A DNA stretch of 64,000 nucleotides from Vitrella brassicaformis CCMP3155 (taxonomy: Eukaryota > Protista > Chromerida): positions 135,887-199,886 of the forward strand of contig CDMY01000061.1 of NCBI GenBank assembly GCA_001179505.1, written 5' to 3'. Every line of letters starts with the position of its first letter. Position 1 is the stretch's first letter. A program made the translations under genes and the position numbers. This document shows positions 1 through 15,310 of this stretch, in pieces. The notes below the pieces were generated by a model that saw nothing but the letters and a program-made list of their open reading frames with translations, ran no database searches and was not told where the DNA came from.

Positions 1-1155
1 GATGCCAAGTGACCCACCGAGCGACAGACAGGAGAAGCACTCGTACTTTTGTGGCTGCCAGTATCCATTCGTCCATTCATTCATTCATTCATTCATGTAT
101 ATATGTCAGTCAGTCATATGTATCCCGTAACTAACTTCGGGGAGGGAGGGGTGGGGGGGTCTAATGCGATGCGATGCGATTCGTGTGTGTGTGTGTGTGT
201 GTATGTCTGTGTGTTGTGTGTGCCTGTGTGTGGGCGGCTGGGTAAGCATGGCATGTATAGCGCTTCTTGATTGCTTGGCCGCTTCCTTGAAATGAAGGCG
301 GTTCTTCCGTCAGTAATTCTTGCTCGACCTACCTCTCCTTGCGTGGTTAAGGGACTCAGTCCACTCGAGTGGGCTGATGACAGATAGGGCTAGCAGACAG
401 ACAGACAGACAGACAGGCCCACCCAGCACCCTCCCAGCACCCTCACAGACAGTGCAATCGACACGACTCTTCTGCTGTTGGTCTGCTGACAGCTATGACG
501 CTTTCTGAGGGAGGGACTGGGGAGCGGACGATGGACGGCCGAACGAACGGGTGGATGGATGGATGGATGCCACCATGCACTCACTCGTTCGTTGACTCGT
601 TCGTGGGCGGATGGATGGACAGACGTCAGTCAAATACAACACATACATGCATGATGAGAAGACGGACAAATGGGCGGACGGATGGCCACATACGGACTAT
701 CCTCTTTATGTACACCTGAGGCAGTCAGTGACGGAGGAAGGAAGCAAGCAAGGAAGGAACACACAATGCAAACAATACAATACAATACACCCACCAGCCG
801 CCGCGGCCACCCCAATCTATCAATCAGTTCTTCAGTAAGCTTCAGACACACATCATGATGCGGTTGCCCACAGCAAAGCCACTTTCTCTCCCTCTCTCTC
901 TCTCTGTCGCTCTCTCTCTCCATTTGGCAGCAGCACGGAGGGTGGATGAACCATGTGTAGGCGTCTAAGGATACATACAAGGTGCGTGCCTTTGAAGCAA
1001 GCTAAGGTAAGGTACACAACAGCAAAAAAGCCAGCACCACCACCGATGAGATGAGACAGACAGACAGCCTACAATAAATCACCTCAGTCGTCAGTCGCTC
1101 CCTCATCCGCCCTCCCCCATCCACCCCAGCAATGACCCCCCCCCCCATCAGTCAG

Positions 1156-2732
1156 TCACTCGCCGACAGGCTTTGCGAGGCTCTCTCTTGTGGCCTGGAG
1201 TGCCGCCTTGACGGAGTCGGTGGAGAGCTGTTTAGAGAGTCTTTTCCGTAGCTGGTTCATGGCCCGGGCGCTGGTCTCGGTGTCGAGGTCGCTCAGAACG
1301 TCCGCACCCAAGGACTCGTTGGTGCCCTCGGTGGTCGTCATGGAGGGCGTGCTGGCGTCGTTGGCTGGTGGCTTGGGGGGTCTCGGTGGGCGGCTGATGA
1401 CCTCGTTGATGGTCTTCTCGGCGTTGGTGGGCGGTGCGTCCGGGTTCAGCTCGATGGTAAACCCCTGACGCATCAGCTCCTCGTAGATGGTCTTCGAGTA
1501 CTTCTCGGCAAACACCTCAAAGTAGTACGTCGAACCTAAAAGACACACAGATGGATGCGTCAAGGCGCATGCATCCATGGCTTGGCTTGGCTATGGCTTG
1601 GCTTGGCTGGCTTCACTCACCGTTCCAGACGGCGAGTGCGACCATCGAGGCCAGGAAGATGGTGTGTGCCCAATAGGACCTCCACCAGATGAAGCTCAAC
1701 AACTGCACGGACAACAAAGGCACAATACAGCAACACACACACACAACAAGACTCTCTTCCTCTTGTCGGCCGCCTGCCCCTCCCTCCGTCCCTCCCTCCG
1801 TCACCATGCAAAGGCTGCAGCCGAGTGCGTGGATGAACATGTAGACGAGCGGCCCCCACGAGCCGGCCGCCTTGACGATGGCCGCGAGTGGCTTGATGGT
1901 CCGCAGCATGTACAGGTAGACGGTGTCGTAGTTGCGCTTCTCGATCCGCTTGGCCGCCACCTTGAACATCACCAGGTAGTAAGGGACCTGCCATATCAAG
2001 ATGTACACCAGCAGCGGCAGCACCAGCAGCTCGTAGGCAGTGGCATCGCAGTAGATGGGGCTGGGGCTGGACGGCTCGCAGACCCTTGGGAGGAACTGCC
2101 ACTTGTCGAGGACCCTGTCGGCGTGCCACCGGATGGCCCAGACGGCGAGGCAGGGGGTGGCGTGGATGAAGAGGTTGGTCGTCATGTCCAGAGAATGAAA
2201 CACCAGACTGTTCCGATTCAACGCTAGCCCCCAACTCAGCGGACCAGTCACCTTCAGGGACACACACACCCACAGACAGACAGACAGACAGATCAATCAC
2301 CAGACACACCCACCCATGCCACCCATGCATGCCATGGCCGAGCATCCCTTATTTGCCTCCCTAGCTGTCGTCTCCGTCGCTCACCCAGGCAAAGACCACT
2401 TTGAATATCCTGGGGTTGTCGGTGTCAAAGCCCGGCAGCTTGGGCAGCCCCACCACACCGCAGCCCAGCCCGTATATGCAGTAGCATGCGAACAGCGCAT
2501 TCGCCTCGTAGCAGAAGTCCAGCAGGTAGTAGTGTGTGGCGGCGCGCCGGTAGTCGAAGTACCGAATGAAGAACAGCACGGGCGTCTTGACCGCGTGCAC
2601 CAGCCAGAAATCCTCCGGGCATCTGGCCAGCACCCACGTGTCGCAGATGAGGTTGCACACCCCGATGAAGAAGGCCAGCTCGTCTCGGAGCTTCAGGGGC
2701 TTCAGCAGCTTCTTGACTGCCTTGGGGTCCAT
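1156..2732 (-). CDS. GPC1: Glycerophosphocholine acyltransferase (GPCAT, Gpc1/DUF2838 family), spliced multi-TM protein
   Basis: Exons translate to MDPKAVKKLLKPLKLRDELAFFIG...HYYLLDFCYEANAL...LALNRNSLVFHSLDMTTNLFIHATP...FIHALGC...; the YLLDFCY and RNSLVFHS..T..FIH motifs are typical of the Gpc1/DUF2838 family. ATG at 2732, stop at 1156. Confidence 0.8.
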
Positions 2733-2977
2733 CGTCGCCTTCAAAAAATCGATATAAAAAATCAGGTCAGGCTGGAAATCAGGATGAACAGGAATCTTGA
2801 TTGACAGTTGCTTCGCAGCTGCCCGCCGCGGCCTTCTTCTTCGCTCCTGTCAAAAGCTCGCATCTGGCGCTTAGGACATCTCGTGAAATCGCTCTCTCTT
2901 CTGCGAGCCAGACAAGTGAAACAGTAGACTCCTCTCTTTACTCCTCTCTTCCATCGGCCGTATGAGTCGCTGAGGTG

Positions 2978-5230
2978 ATGGCATCGCTGTACGTGGAGGC
3001 AGCAGATGTGCTTCGGGCAATGGAGGAGCAGGGCAAAGGCCTGAAGGCAGCCCTCTACGACGACAAGCAGCGGAGATCTGATGTGCAGAAGGTGAGGTGA
3101 GGTGAAGCCATGAATGGCCATTCATATCAATTGGCGCATGTAGCTACTTGGATGCTTCTCTCTGTTCTCTGTTCTCTTTTCATTGTCCCGTGTGTAGGTA
3201 TGCGGCCTGGTATGTGCCGTGCTGAGGCACAAACAGCTGCTCATCCGCGTACTCGACCGATGCGGGCTGATTGATGGCAGCGCAAATCACAAGAAGAGCA
3301 AAACCAAAGCCAAGTCGTCGAGTCCAGTGGACAACCGGTATCTGTGCCTGGCAATGGCGCAAGACATGCTGTTTGGCAGAGGCATCAGGGGCGGAGGTAC
3401 GTGAGCAGCTCACACCACACTCAGCGGCAATCATGGACAATGTGGATGTGGGTGGACGGACCACTTTTGCGTTTCAGGTGGCGTCAAGCGAGCCCTGGAG
3501 GCCAACCAAACTGAGCTTCGAGCCGCCCTCGCTGATGAAGAGAACAAGGGCCCACCACCTCCAACAGCAGCAGATTCAGCAGTGTCATCGCTCCCCTCCA
3601 AGCGCAGGAATGCCTCCCAGCAGTCGGCATCGAAGCGGACACGAGGGGAGAACGGGGCGGTGGTCAGCGAGAGGAGGCCGGGCGATGCTGCTGATAGTGG
3701 TGGTGCTGTCGTTCTTCCTCCCCGTTATGTGAGGGTCAACGGCCTGGTCGGTGGCAAGAGTGGGCAGGAGATCCGATCTCTGATCCAGGCACAGATGAGA
3801 AAAGCTAAGGTACTTACGTCAGTCATTATAATGGGGTAAATGACAACAAGCAAATGGCTATTCAGTTGTCCTGCCAGTCACTCACGTATCGGTGCGTCGA
3901 TATATCGTCAGATTGATGGTGATGTGGAGACCGACCCCTACATCCCTTCCCTTCTCGTGCTGCCCTCGACTGCTGGGGCCCTCCTGGCGCAGAACAAGCT
4001 GGTCCACGAGGGCAATGTCATCCTTCAGGACCGATCCAGCTGCCTGGCTGCGCTGGCGGCCGACATCCGGCCTGGCGACACGGTGCTGGACGCCTGTGCG
4101 GCCCCTGGGAGCAAGACGCTGCACTGCCTGGACTTCATGAAGGGCAGCGGACATCTGGTGGCCTGTGAGAGGGCGCCCCGGAGGGCAGTCACTCTTTTGC
4201 AGAGGTGCGCATGAACTGGATGGAGTACATGACGAACTACCCTTTATGCAGTCAGTATTCTTAGACTTTGGTTTCTCCAGGCTGCGTGATCACGGCGGTT
4301 TTGACGGCCCTCTGGAATCTCTCTCCGCAGCTTATGGTGACTCCGCCGACAAGCGGAGTGCTCTGTCCGATCTCAGCGACGCCCGCGCGGCTGAGCGGCA
4401 GCTAAAAGAGCGGGACGGCAAGCCTATGTTCTTCAGACACACCAACTATGGTCGGTACCTGCAAATGGGTCACTCGTCTCGCCTCACACGCGCGTCGGTT
4501 GATCGATCGATCTTTCTTCCACCCATCCCTTCTGTGCGTGTGCAGCGTCGCTAAGTGTGGAGGTCAGAGTGGCGGATTTCCTCTCCCTGCGATCCGCAGA
4601 TGTGTCCCCTGATGTGATCCTTGTGGACCCGTCGTGTTCGGGCAGCGGCCTGCCCACACACCAGATGGACGACCAGGGGGGCGGGCGGGACGTGGAAAGG
4701 CTGCAGAAGCTGGCTGCCGTGCAGACACAAATGCTCAAGTAGGTGAGACAGACCAGTGGACATGACTAGAAAATGTATGTCTGGGAACTTACTGCCTCCC
4801 TCGTGTGTGTTTTGTCTTGTGCTCCTGTCTGTAGTCATGCACTGACTGCCTTCGCGACTGCCCGCACCGTCTGCTATTCGACCTGTTCCACTCATGAAGA
4901 GGAGAACGAACAGGTGGGTGCGACCCGAGCGGATGGGATGGATGCCACACACTCCACTGCCATGTGTCGTCTGTCTTGTGGTCCGTGCAGGTGGTTGCGG
5001 CTTCATTGGAGACAATCGAGCAGCACAAGGCATCATCAGCTGCCGCCAAAGGGGGTGGTAGGGCGGCCAGGCGTTTCCGCCTCGTGTCAGCCGTCCCCTG
5101 GTGGCCCTCTACTGGTGTGCCCGAAGAGCTATCTAATGCGTATGCATGGGGTAGCAAGTGCGTGCGGTGCGATCCGGCTGTGCATCGGTGTCGGGGGTTC
5201 TTCCTCGCTAAATTCGTGAGGAAGAGATGA
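2978..5230 (+). CDS. NSUN5: NOL1/NOP2/Sun rRNA m5C methyltransferase, NSUN5/Rcm1 type
   Basis: N-terminus MASLYVEAADVL resembles NSUN5. Motifs ILQDRSSC, VLDACAAPGSKT, ILVDPSCSGSG, YSTCSTHEEENEQV and C-terminal GFFLAKF are spread over GT-AG exons. Confidence 0.85.
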
Positions 5231-5592
5231 ATGCTGACTGACTCATAATGTCCGTACCTGTTGACAGACAGACTCGTCTTCCAGGTGTGTGCAGTGCGAC
5301 TGATGCTTGCACATATGTCCATTGGCTGATCGGGTGTGGGTCGCAACATCTTACACACAGGGTCCGTCAGCTACATACCATCCACGTAGCTCAAAACAGA
5401 CACACAGCCGGCCCGGCTCATATATTGTCATCGGCTGCTCACGGCAGGTCGTTGACCTCCCATTGCTTTGAAGCGCACCGCACACACATAAGCCCCGCCC
5501 ACCCCGCCCACCCCACCCACCAGGCCCACAAATAAATACTTGCCATCGACACGTCCACTCTGAATGCGGCACTACCACACTCACTCAGTCAT

Positions 5593-6712
5593 TCACAGCA
5601 CAGCTGCCCCCACATCCGCCAGGGCAGACTCGTACCCCGGCAGACTCTTGATGTACCCCGCGTCGTCAAAGGATCGCCCCAAGCTGACGCCAAGCACCGC
5701 ATGGGCCACGATCACCGCCATGGTGGCGCTGCCGAGAAACGCGTGGGCCGCCTTCAACAGCTCCCGCGTCCTCTCGTCGGCGCCAGCAAACTGAGTGGAC
5801 AGCAACGCCTGAACTGCCAGCAGCCCCAGCACACTCAATCCTGTGTGTACGACGGACCAACACACACAAACGTCCGTCTAGTAAAGTGCAGTGCATCCCT
5901 CAGGTCCCTCCCTGAGTGTCTGAGTGTCTGAATGAGTGAGTGACCTGTGAGTGCATGGGAACTCTCGAGTATCGGCTGTTTCTCCAGCAGCATGGCGCCC
6001 ACGCCGCCCTGGGCCCCCAGGAAGAAGAACAACAGCATCCCGGCCATCAGCTTGGGATGGAGGGACTTGGAGTTCATTGGGTCCATCTCGGCATTATCGG
6101 GCTCGAAGTCCCAATCAACAGGCGAATCTGATGTGGCCACCTGACACACAGACACAGACGCTTTCTTTGGTGTCCCGCTGAGTGAAGTGAAGTGAAGTAT
6201 CCCTCCCTAAGCTTCGGTCACCTGCCCCTGTGCAGCTGCCTTCCTGGTGTTGCGTATTTGCCAGCCGAGGTAGGCGCCATAGCCCCCCATGGCCGCAGCG
6301 ACGATGCCCATGTTGATGCCATGGAACCAGTGGATGACGAACGGCGGCATCTCCATCGACCGAAGGCTCTCAAGCAGCCGATTCTCAACACAGATCTCGG
6401 GAGGACCTACAGCCAGCCAGCCAATCCATCCATTTACCCACACCCTCAGCCTATCACCCATCACCAGTGTGACCGTGTGACCCAATCTCTCTTCTTACAT
6501 GCTTCCCGGGATTTGAGCCACTGGTTGAGCCCCTCAGAGAGTGAAAGGGAAAGAGAGTTGTCGAGCAGCTGCACTGACGTCTGCGGCCGTCGCCTGTCTG
6601 GGCTTCGAATCAGCCGCGGACGCACAGATGAGGTGGTGCTGGGTTGCTGCGGGATGACAAAGGCACTGGCGGCGGCGCCGAAGGCAATGAACACAAGACT
6701 GCACAGATGCAT
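5593..6712 (-). CDS. DUF4079-family membrane protein with bipartite (signal + transit) plastid-type leader
   Basis: Leader MHLCSLVFIAFGAAASAFVIPQQP...; core IHWFHGINMGIVAAAMGGYGAYLGWQIR, LHPKLMAGMLLFFFLGAQGG, ESSHALTG, AHAFLG resembles plant/cyanobacterial DUF4079. Confidence 0.72.
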
Positions 6713-7002
6713 TCCGGCTGCTGGGCCGTCGGAAACTCGCCGGATCTTTGACGAAATAAACGCGGTCTGCGCAGCAACGAAGTTGAGGCAACTAACGGAA
6801 GTTGTTGGGAGCTGGGAGCTGTTTCGCAGAGCCAATCTGCGAGCTTAGGTGTGAAGAATTCTGTTTCACGCGGTTGAAGCCAGGTTTTCCTCGGCAGTAG
6901 CGGCTCTCCTGGCGTGTACGTCGTACCGCCGTCCAGGCCCCTCGCATCGCCTGTAGCTGTGACCTATTGCTGATTTGGAGTCCCCCCGCTGCCGCCACCA
7001 CG

Positions 7003-9581
<2,579 letters not shown>

Positions 9582-9656
9582 CTGACTGAACCTATCAGTG
9601 GGGGAGGGACGGAGGGAGTGGCCGCCGGTTGTCGGTCGTGTCGATTGCACTCACTA

Positions 9657-9956
9657 NNNNNNNNNNNNNNNNNNNNNNNNNNNNNNNNNNNNNNNNNNNN
9701 NNNNNNNNNNNNNNNNNNNNNNNNNNNNNNNNNNNNNNNNNNNNNNNNNNNNNNNNNNNNNNNNNNNNNNNNNNNNNNNNNNNNNNNNNNNNNNNNNNNN
9801 NNNNNNNNNNNNNNNNNNNNNNNNNNNNNNNNNNNNNNNNNNNNNNNNNNNNNNNNNNNNNNNNNNNNNNNNNNNNNNNNNNNNNNNNNNNNNNNNNNNN
9901 NNNNNNNNNNNNNNNNNNNNNNNNNNNNNNNNNNNNNNNNNNNNNNNNNNNNNNNN
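9657..9956. other. Assembly gap (300 N, placeholder)
   Basis: Run of 300 N, followed by poly-G. Confidence 0.99.
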
Positions 9957-10549
9957 GGGGGGGGGGGGAGCTTTCAAGGCTGACGGTGTGGATGGATGGA
10001 TGGATCGGCTTGCTCGGTGCCTGCCTGTCTGTCTGTCCGTCCGTCTGTCTGGGTTTGTGTTGGTGTGTATGGTATGTCGGTGCATCGATCGCGTGAGGCT
10101 TGTGCGTGTGCGTGCATCGCTCTTTTGCAAATGGACTGGATTGCGTGCCTGGTTGATTGCATTGCTTGGGGATCGAGGTGGGGCGGGGCGGGCTGTATCC
10201 ATGCCAGCCATCAGCTGCCTGTCTCCTCGTGCGCGGTGCGAACTGGCGTTTCTTACTGTGTCGATTACTTGCAATGCACCTGCTGTCACTTCTCTCTCAC
10301 GTATCAGGGCGAGCGGCAAGGCAGACAGACAGTGTCAGTGGCGTCACTGCCTGTCCACCTTGCGGCACGCCCCGGCACGCGAGAGAGAGGATAGCAGGTT
10401 GGCGAGAAACGACATCTCGGACGGACCACACGCGTGTTCATGTCAGTGCGCCGTTTTTCGATTCATCGATTGGTCCACTCTACTGTGCTATGCACGTTAT
10501 GTATAGCTACACCCACAACCAAAACTACCGCAGAAGCCCTCACCTCCCT

Positions 10550-10606
10550 CCGGAAAGGCAGGCGCCCGCCTTAGGGACAGGCGTCTCGTCAAACCCATAA
10601 CCCACC
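10550..10606 (+). repeat. Dispersed ~55-bp element, copy 1 (copy 2 at ~51226-51280)
   Basis: ccggaaaggcaggcgcccgccttagggacaggcgtctcgtcaaacccataacc vs ccggaaggtagcgccgggcttagggacaggtgtctcgtcaaacccttaacc; the core cttagggacaggYgtctcgtcaaacccWtaacc has 2 mismatches. Confidence 0.75.
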
Positions 10607-10719
10607 GACATAACCGACCGACCAGCCGGCGGCGGCGTGCCATTGCCTGATCCAACGACGGCATTCCATCTCATCTCAACCTGAACAATCTCTTTGTCCT
10701 GCTTGCCCGGAAGCCCCCC

Positions 10720-12550
10720 ATGACGGCCGTATCCATCGCACTCTCCCCCGTGCTGGCGGGTCTGCCCGTCGGCGTGGCCCTTAAGACGCACATCGACTCC
10801 ATCAAGAAGGAGAAGGACGAGGCCGCCAAGCCGTCCAAGAGCAAGAAGGAGATCCTGCTGTCGGCCTATGTAGCTGCCGACGGGCACAAGGCCGGCAGGG
10901 TGTTCATGGAGTCGCCCGCCGTGCTGTTGGAGGTCGGGTTTCGCTACCGCACGCATCGGCAGGTCTTCACCGAGCCGTGCGACGACGACCAAGACGTGAT
11001 GATGGGCACACAGGTCAGTCAGATCTGCCCACACTACACTACAGGCACACGCACACGTCGGCTCATGCACACGTACCGTTGCCCGTGTCATTCACTCACT
11101 GCAGGACACCCCTGCGGCATCCCAGGCGTCGGTGTCTCCCCTCGGCGAGGACACGATGGACGACGATGCGGCCCCGTCGCCTCCCGACGGCCCGCTCTCG
11201 CCGGTGGTAGCCATCTACTGCCTCGACCCGGACGACCAGAGGATGCCCCACACAGCCATGGAGGAGCGGGCGAGGAGCGAGGTCATGGCGCTGCACGAGG
11301 CCCTCACGACGGACGGGGTGCGGGTGCTGTGCATGACCAGGGAGCTGAGGGGGATCAACCTGGACGACTTCGTGTGCGACCTGCTGGTGGACGCCGGCGT
11401 CGACACGGTGCATGCCAGGGATACCAATGATGCGGTGAGTGAGTGAGGGGTCCCGAAGGACAGACAGACAGGCCGCCGTGGATGGAAAGGGCCAGGCAGA
11501 TGCGTGTTGGCTTGTGTTGGGTGGTGTGGTGGTGTGTTGTGTGCAGGTGACGTATGTGGTGAAGTGCGCTAAGGCCCTAGTCAAGTCGCGGGAGGAGTGA
11601 GGGGGATCGGATCGGCCAACACACAGATCCACATGCACTGATGCCAGGCAGCCGGAATGAGCACCTGCCTCGTGTGTGTGGTTGGTTGTCGGTCTTCAGT
11701 GAGCGTAGGAGTTTCTTCTGGAGCAAGTCTGAGAAGAAGACCAGCCAGGGACCCAAAGAGGCGTAAGGACATACACAAACACACAAACAACAACGGCTCC
11801 AGCGCCCACCTGGCGCATGGATGGATCGATGGATGGATGGGTGTCCATGTCCTGTCTGTCTGTCTGTCTGTCTGTGTGTCTGCGTGGGCATGCCACTAGG
11901 TGGATCAACCAGCTGACGACGTTCAACCAAGTGTCGGTACCCAGGGCCCAGTCCATGCAGAAGACGTACGTTAAGGAAGAGGAAGACCGCACGTTCGCCC
12001 ACCTGACGTGCTGCTCGTCGTCTTGCTTCCTTGATTGATTGATTCCGTCAGGTTCGCCACCCCGTGGGACCTGATGGAGCATCTGCACCGCCATGGCAAG
12101 GAGGCGGCTGTCAACAAGCTTGCCGCCACGCGGCTCAACGAGGGCAACAAGTCGACGGTGGGACAGGCGCTCGCTAGCAAGTGAGAGGGAGGGAGGGNNN
12201 NNNNNNNNNNNNNNNNNNNNNNNNNNNNNNNNNNNNNNNNNNNNNNNNNNNNNNNNNNNNNNNNNNNNNNNNNNNNNNNNNNNNNNNNNNNNNNNNNNNN
12301 NNNNNNNNNNNNNNNNNNNNNNNNNNNNNNNNNNNNNNNNNNNNNNNNNNNNNNNNNNNNNNNNNNNNNNNNNNNNNNNNNNNNNNNNNNNNNNNNNNNN
12401 NNNNNNNNNNNNNNNNNNNNNNNNNNNNNNNNNNNNNNNNNNNNNNNNNNNNNNNNNNNNNNNNNNNNNNNNNNNNNNNNNNNNNNNNNNNNNNNNNGGA
12501 GGGAAGGAAGGTGGAGAGGAGCTTCAGCCACCGTATATGCCGGAGAGGAG

Positions 12551-12588
<38 letters not shown>

Positions 12589-12651
12589 TGTTGCAGGGTG
12601 GCTGGTCTGTACGACCCGTCCCTCACGGGCACGGAGGGCTGCGACCCATAG
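10720..12651 (+). CDS. EME1: EME1/MMS4-like crossover-junction endonuclease subunit (degenerate ERCC4 + HhH region)
   Basis: Joined exons give ...LDDFVCDLLVDAGVDTVHARDTNDA/VTYVVKCAKAL...KEAWINQLTTFNQVSVPRAQSMQKTFATPWDLMEHL...STVGQALASKVAGLYDP...*, resembling the EME1 C-terminus (W.RQ.QQF..VS...A.A....YP.P...R.G..LS..I). The last intron spans a gap. Confidence 0.6.
12198..12497. other. Assembly gap (300 N)
   Basis: Run of 300 N within the last EME1-like intron. Confidence 0.99.
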
Positions 12652-13456
12652 GTAGCAATCTGCGAGTGGCTGGGAATCGCATGGAAGGCATGTGTGTATG
12701 GTGCACCCCACCCATGCCACTCCACTTAGAGCCTCGCCAGCCACCCAAAGACCGAAGTTGTGTCTGTCTATAGGCTGTAGAGAGTGTAGATAGCCCGACT
12801 GACTTGGTTCATGTCTGTCTGTGTGTGTGTCCATCCATCCATCCATCCATCCTCCATCCATCCATCCAGACACCCATAGCTCTGCGTAGCGAGTGGTTAG
12901 CTGTGTGGATGTCTGGCTGTCTGCTGACTGGCTGGCTGGCTGCGAATGCAATCGTTTGGCTGGATTTGTCCCTGGTGTGGATAAGTGGATGGATGGATGG
13001 ATGAATGGATGGAATGGAATGGAACGGACGGACGCCTCTTGTGACTTCCTTGAACGATCCCTATGCATTGTCCCTTTCTTTCTCCCTCTCTCTCCCCCTT
13101 TCTCCCACAGACCCCATGGCGTGCCGTGCAGCCGTCAGTCACATCCACTCCACTCAACATCCATCCACCCACCATATGAAAAAAACACACACACAACACC
13201 AGACGCTGCTCGTTCGTCCATCCATCCATCCATCCGGCCATTCATCGATCTCTCGGCCATCCATCCATCCACGCACTGCACTGCTTGCCGCTGAGCGAAC
13301 TAAAAAGGGAGCGTTCACATCAGACATCCATCCATCCATCCATCTGTTCGTTCACTCATTCTGCTGACAGAGAGCGACGGGTCATCCATTCGCCCGTCCA
13401 CCATCCACCCCTTGTGTGTCTGTCAGTCAGCTCATTTGATCAGTATCGTCTGTACT

Positions 13457-15263
13457 TCACGGAGGTGCCATGACAGGAACACCAATTCCAAAACGTGCCA
13501 TGCCAAATGGCATACCGTGGGCATGCTCGGAGACGGGCACGGGGATCATCATCTCATGCTGCTGCTGCTGGCCATGGGAGGCCAAGTGGCAGAACTCGAG
13601 GATGGCGTCCTCGATTTGGTTGCAGCACACCGCGTCCACACCGTGGGCAGCCTGCTCCTCAAACGTCTCAAGGGGGTCCTCAGCGTGGCCGCCGTACCAC
13701 GTCAGAACCTGACATGAGCATCAAGACAACACCCACAAGCCGACGGAGACCTGCATGTGGGGGCGCCTATTTTGTTGTGCATGCCTTTTTGTTGGCCTTG
13801 TGGAGGGCGACGGTGCGGTCCCAGTGTTCGTCCTGTGCCGGGTAGTAGATGTGGGCCCAGTTGGCCGAGAAGTGGTTGATGATCGTCAGCATGCGGCCAC
13901 TGCTGGGGAGCAGCGAGTTGACGTTGTTGAACAGCACGGCCACTTCGATCCCCATGCCGTTCTTGGCGTTGGCCAGCAGGTCCGCGGGCACGAACCCGTT
14001 GGGGCACTGCTCCACTTCGGCCTGGGTCAGCTCTAAGAGAGAGAGACACACACAAAGAGAGAGACACATACAGCCCAACGAGACACACCGCTGCTAGTGT
14101 CTGTCTTTGTCTGCAATAAGTACTGCATTCATTGTCGTCCCTACCAGTTTTGGATTTCCATTTCTGGTCGTTGCAGAGCGTTTGTGCGTTGTCGGGCGGC
14201 AGCCATGAGAAGGACGAGATCTTTCGGACGCACTCGCGGCCTCCGTATTTCTCGGCGAGTTTGAGCACCTCTGTGGTCGCCTGTGGCTTGCTGCCCTTGA
14301 TCTCGACGTTGAATGCCAGGCGGAGGGGGCACTCTGGTCTGCAGAAGGTGTGGAAGACGTCCTCGAGCAGAGGGACCTTGAGCTTCTCGCCCTTGTAAGT
14401 GNNNNNNNNNNNNNNNNNNNNNNNNNNNNNNNNNNNNNNNNNNNNNNNNNNNNNNNNNNNNNNNNNNNNNNNNNNNNNNNNNNNNNNNNNNNNNNNNNNN
14501 NNNNNNNNNNNNNNNNNNNNNNNNNNNNNNNNNNNNNNNNNNNNNNNNNNNNNNNNNNNNNNNNNNNNNNNNNNNNNNNNNNNNNNNNNNNNNNNNNNNN
14601 NNNNNNNNNNNNNNNNNNNNNNNNNNNNNNNNNNNNNNNNNNNNNNNNNNNNNNNNNNNNNNNNNNNNNNNNNNNNNNNNNNNNNNNNNNNNNNNNNNNN
14701 NCGCAGTACTGGGGCAGCTTGCGCACACTCTCGACCCACGGCACGCGGAGATACAGGTGACCCGCCTTGTCCATCTCGTCGTACGTCGACTCCTCGACCT
14801 TAACCGTCCGCGGCGCCACGACCGTCTCGCTCAGCACACTGCATGGGAACACAGCGAGACACATTCAGGGAATGATGGCTGTCCTTGAGAATTCTGCAGT
14901 GCTCAGAGCTCACCCGCCGTCGTAGGACTCGCCCCCATGAAAGACCAGCAACTTGTTGTCCTTGGTCAGCCACACATCCAGCTCGACCTCGTCAATGCCC
15001 AGCATCGCTGCCTCGACAAAGGCGGCCATACTGTTCTCGGGCACACCCGCCTTGCTGGGGCATCCCGGCATACTGCAGCCGCATCCACGATGACCGGTGA
15101 TTTGTATGCTTTGGGGGCGCGAGCATTGGTCAGGAATACGACGTGGGTTATGGGGCTCATCGGGCAGCTGGCGGCCGAAACGCTCGCCACCTACGCGCAG
15201 GTTGTGGCACGAGCAATAGGGTAAGAACAACAGCGCAAAAGAGACGAAGGAGAGGACGGCCAT
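13457..15263 (-). CDS. Secreted glycerophosphodiester phosphodiesterase (GDPD), copy A
   Basis: Signal peptide MAVLSFVSFALLFLPYCSC; ITGHRG, VPENSMAAF, GIDEVELDVWLTKD..LLVFHG, FNVEIKG, KISSF, DAVCCNQ motifs of the GDPD TIM barrel. A gap lies inside the large exon. Confidence 0.85.
14402..14701. other. Assembly gap (300 N); true size about 97 nt by comparison with paralog B
   Basis: The flanks match GDPD-B positions 17112 and 17210, leaving 97 missing nt, so the N count is a placeholder. Confidence 0.9.
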
Positions 15264-15310
15264 TTTGTGGTGGGGAAGAAGCGCTCCAGCCCTTGCCCCC
15301 CTCGGCTCGT

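Noticed and set aside
1-1100. Possible last exons of a + strand gene (e.g. ...YDAF* at 508) and scattered splice-like sites
   Set aside because: No consistent frame or recognisable motif could be assembled; mostly microsatellite sequence.
9598-10506. Long ORFs spanning N runs (also at 12.0-13.0, 14.1-14.8, 15.9-16.8, 50.5-51.0, 52.2-52.8 and 61.6-62.2 kb)
   Set aside because: Open only because X codons contain no stops.
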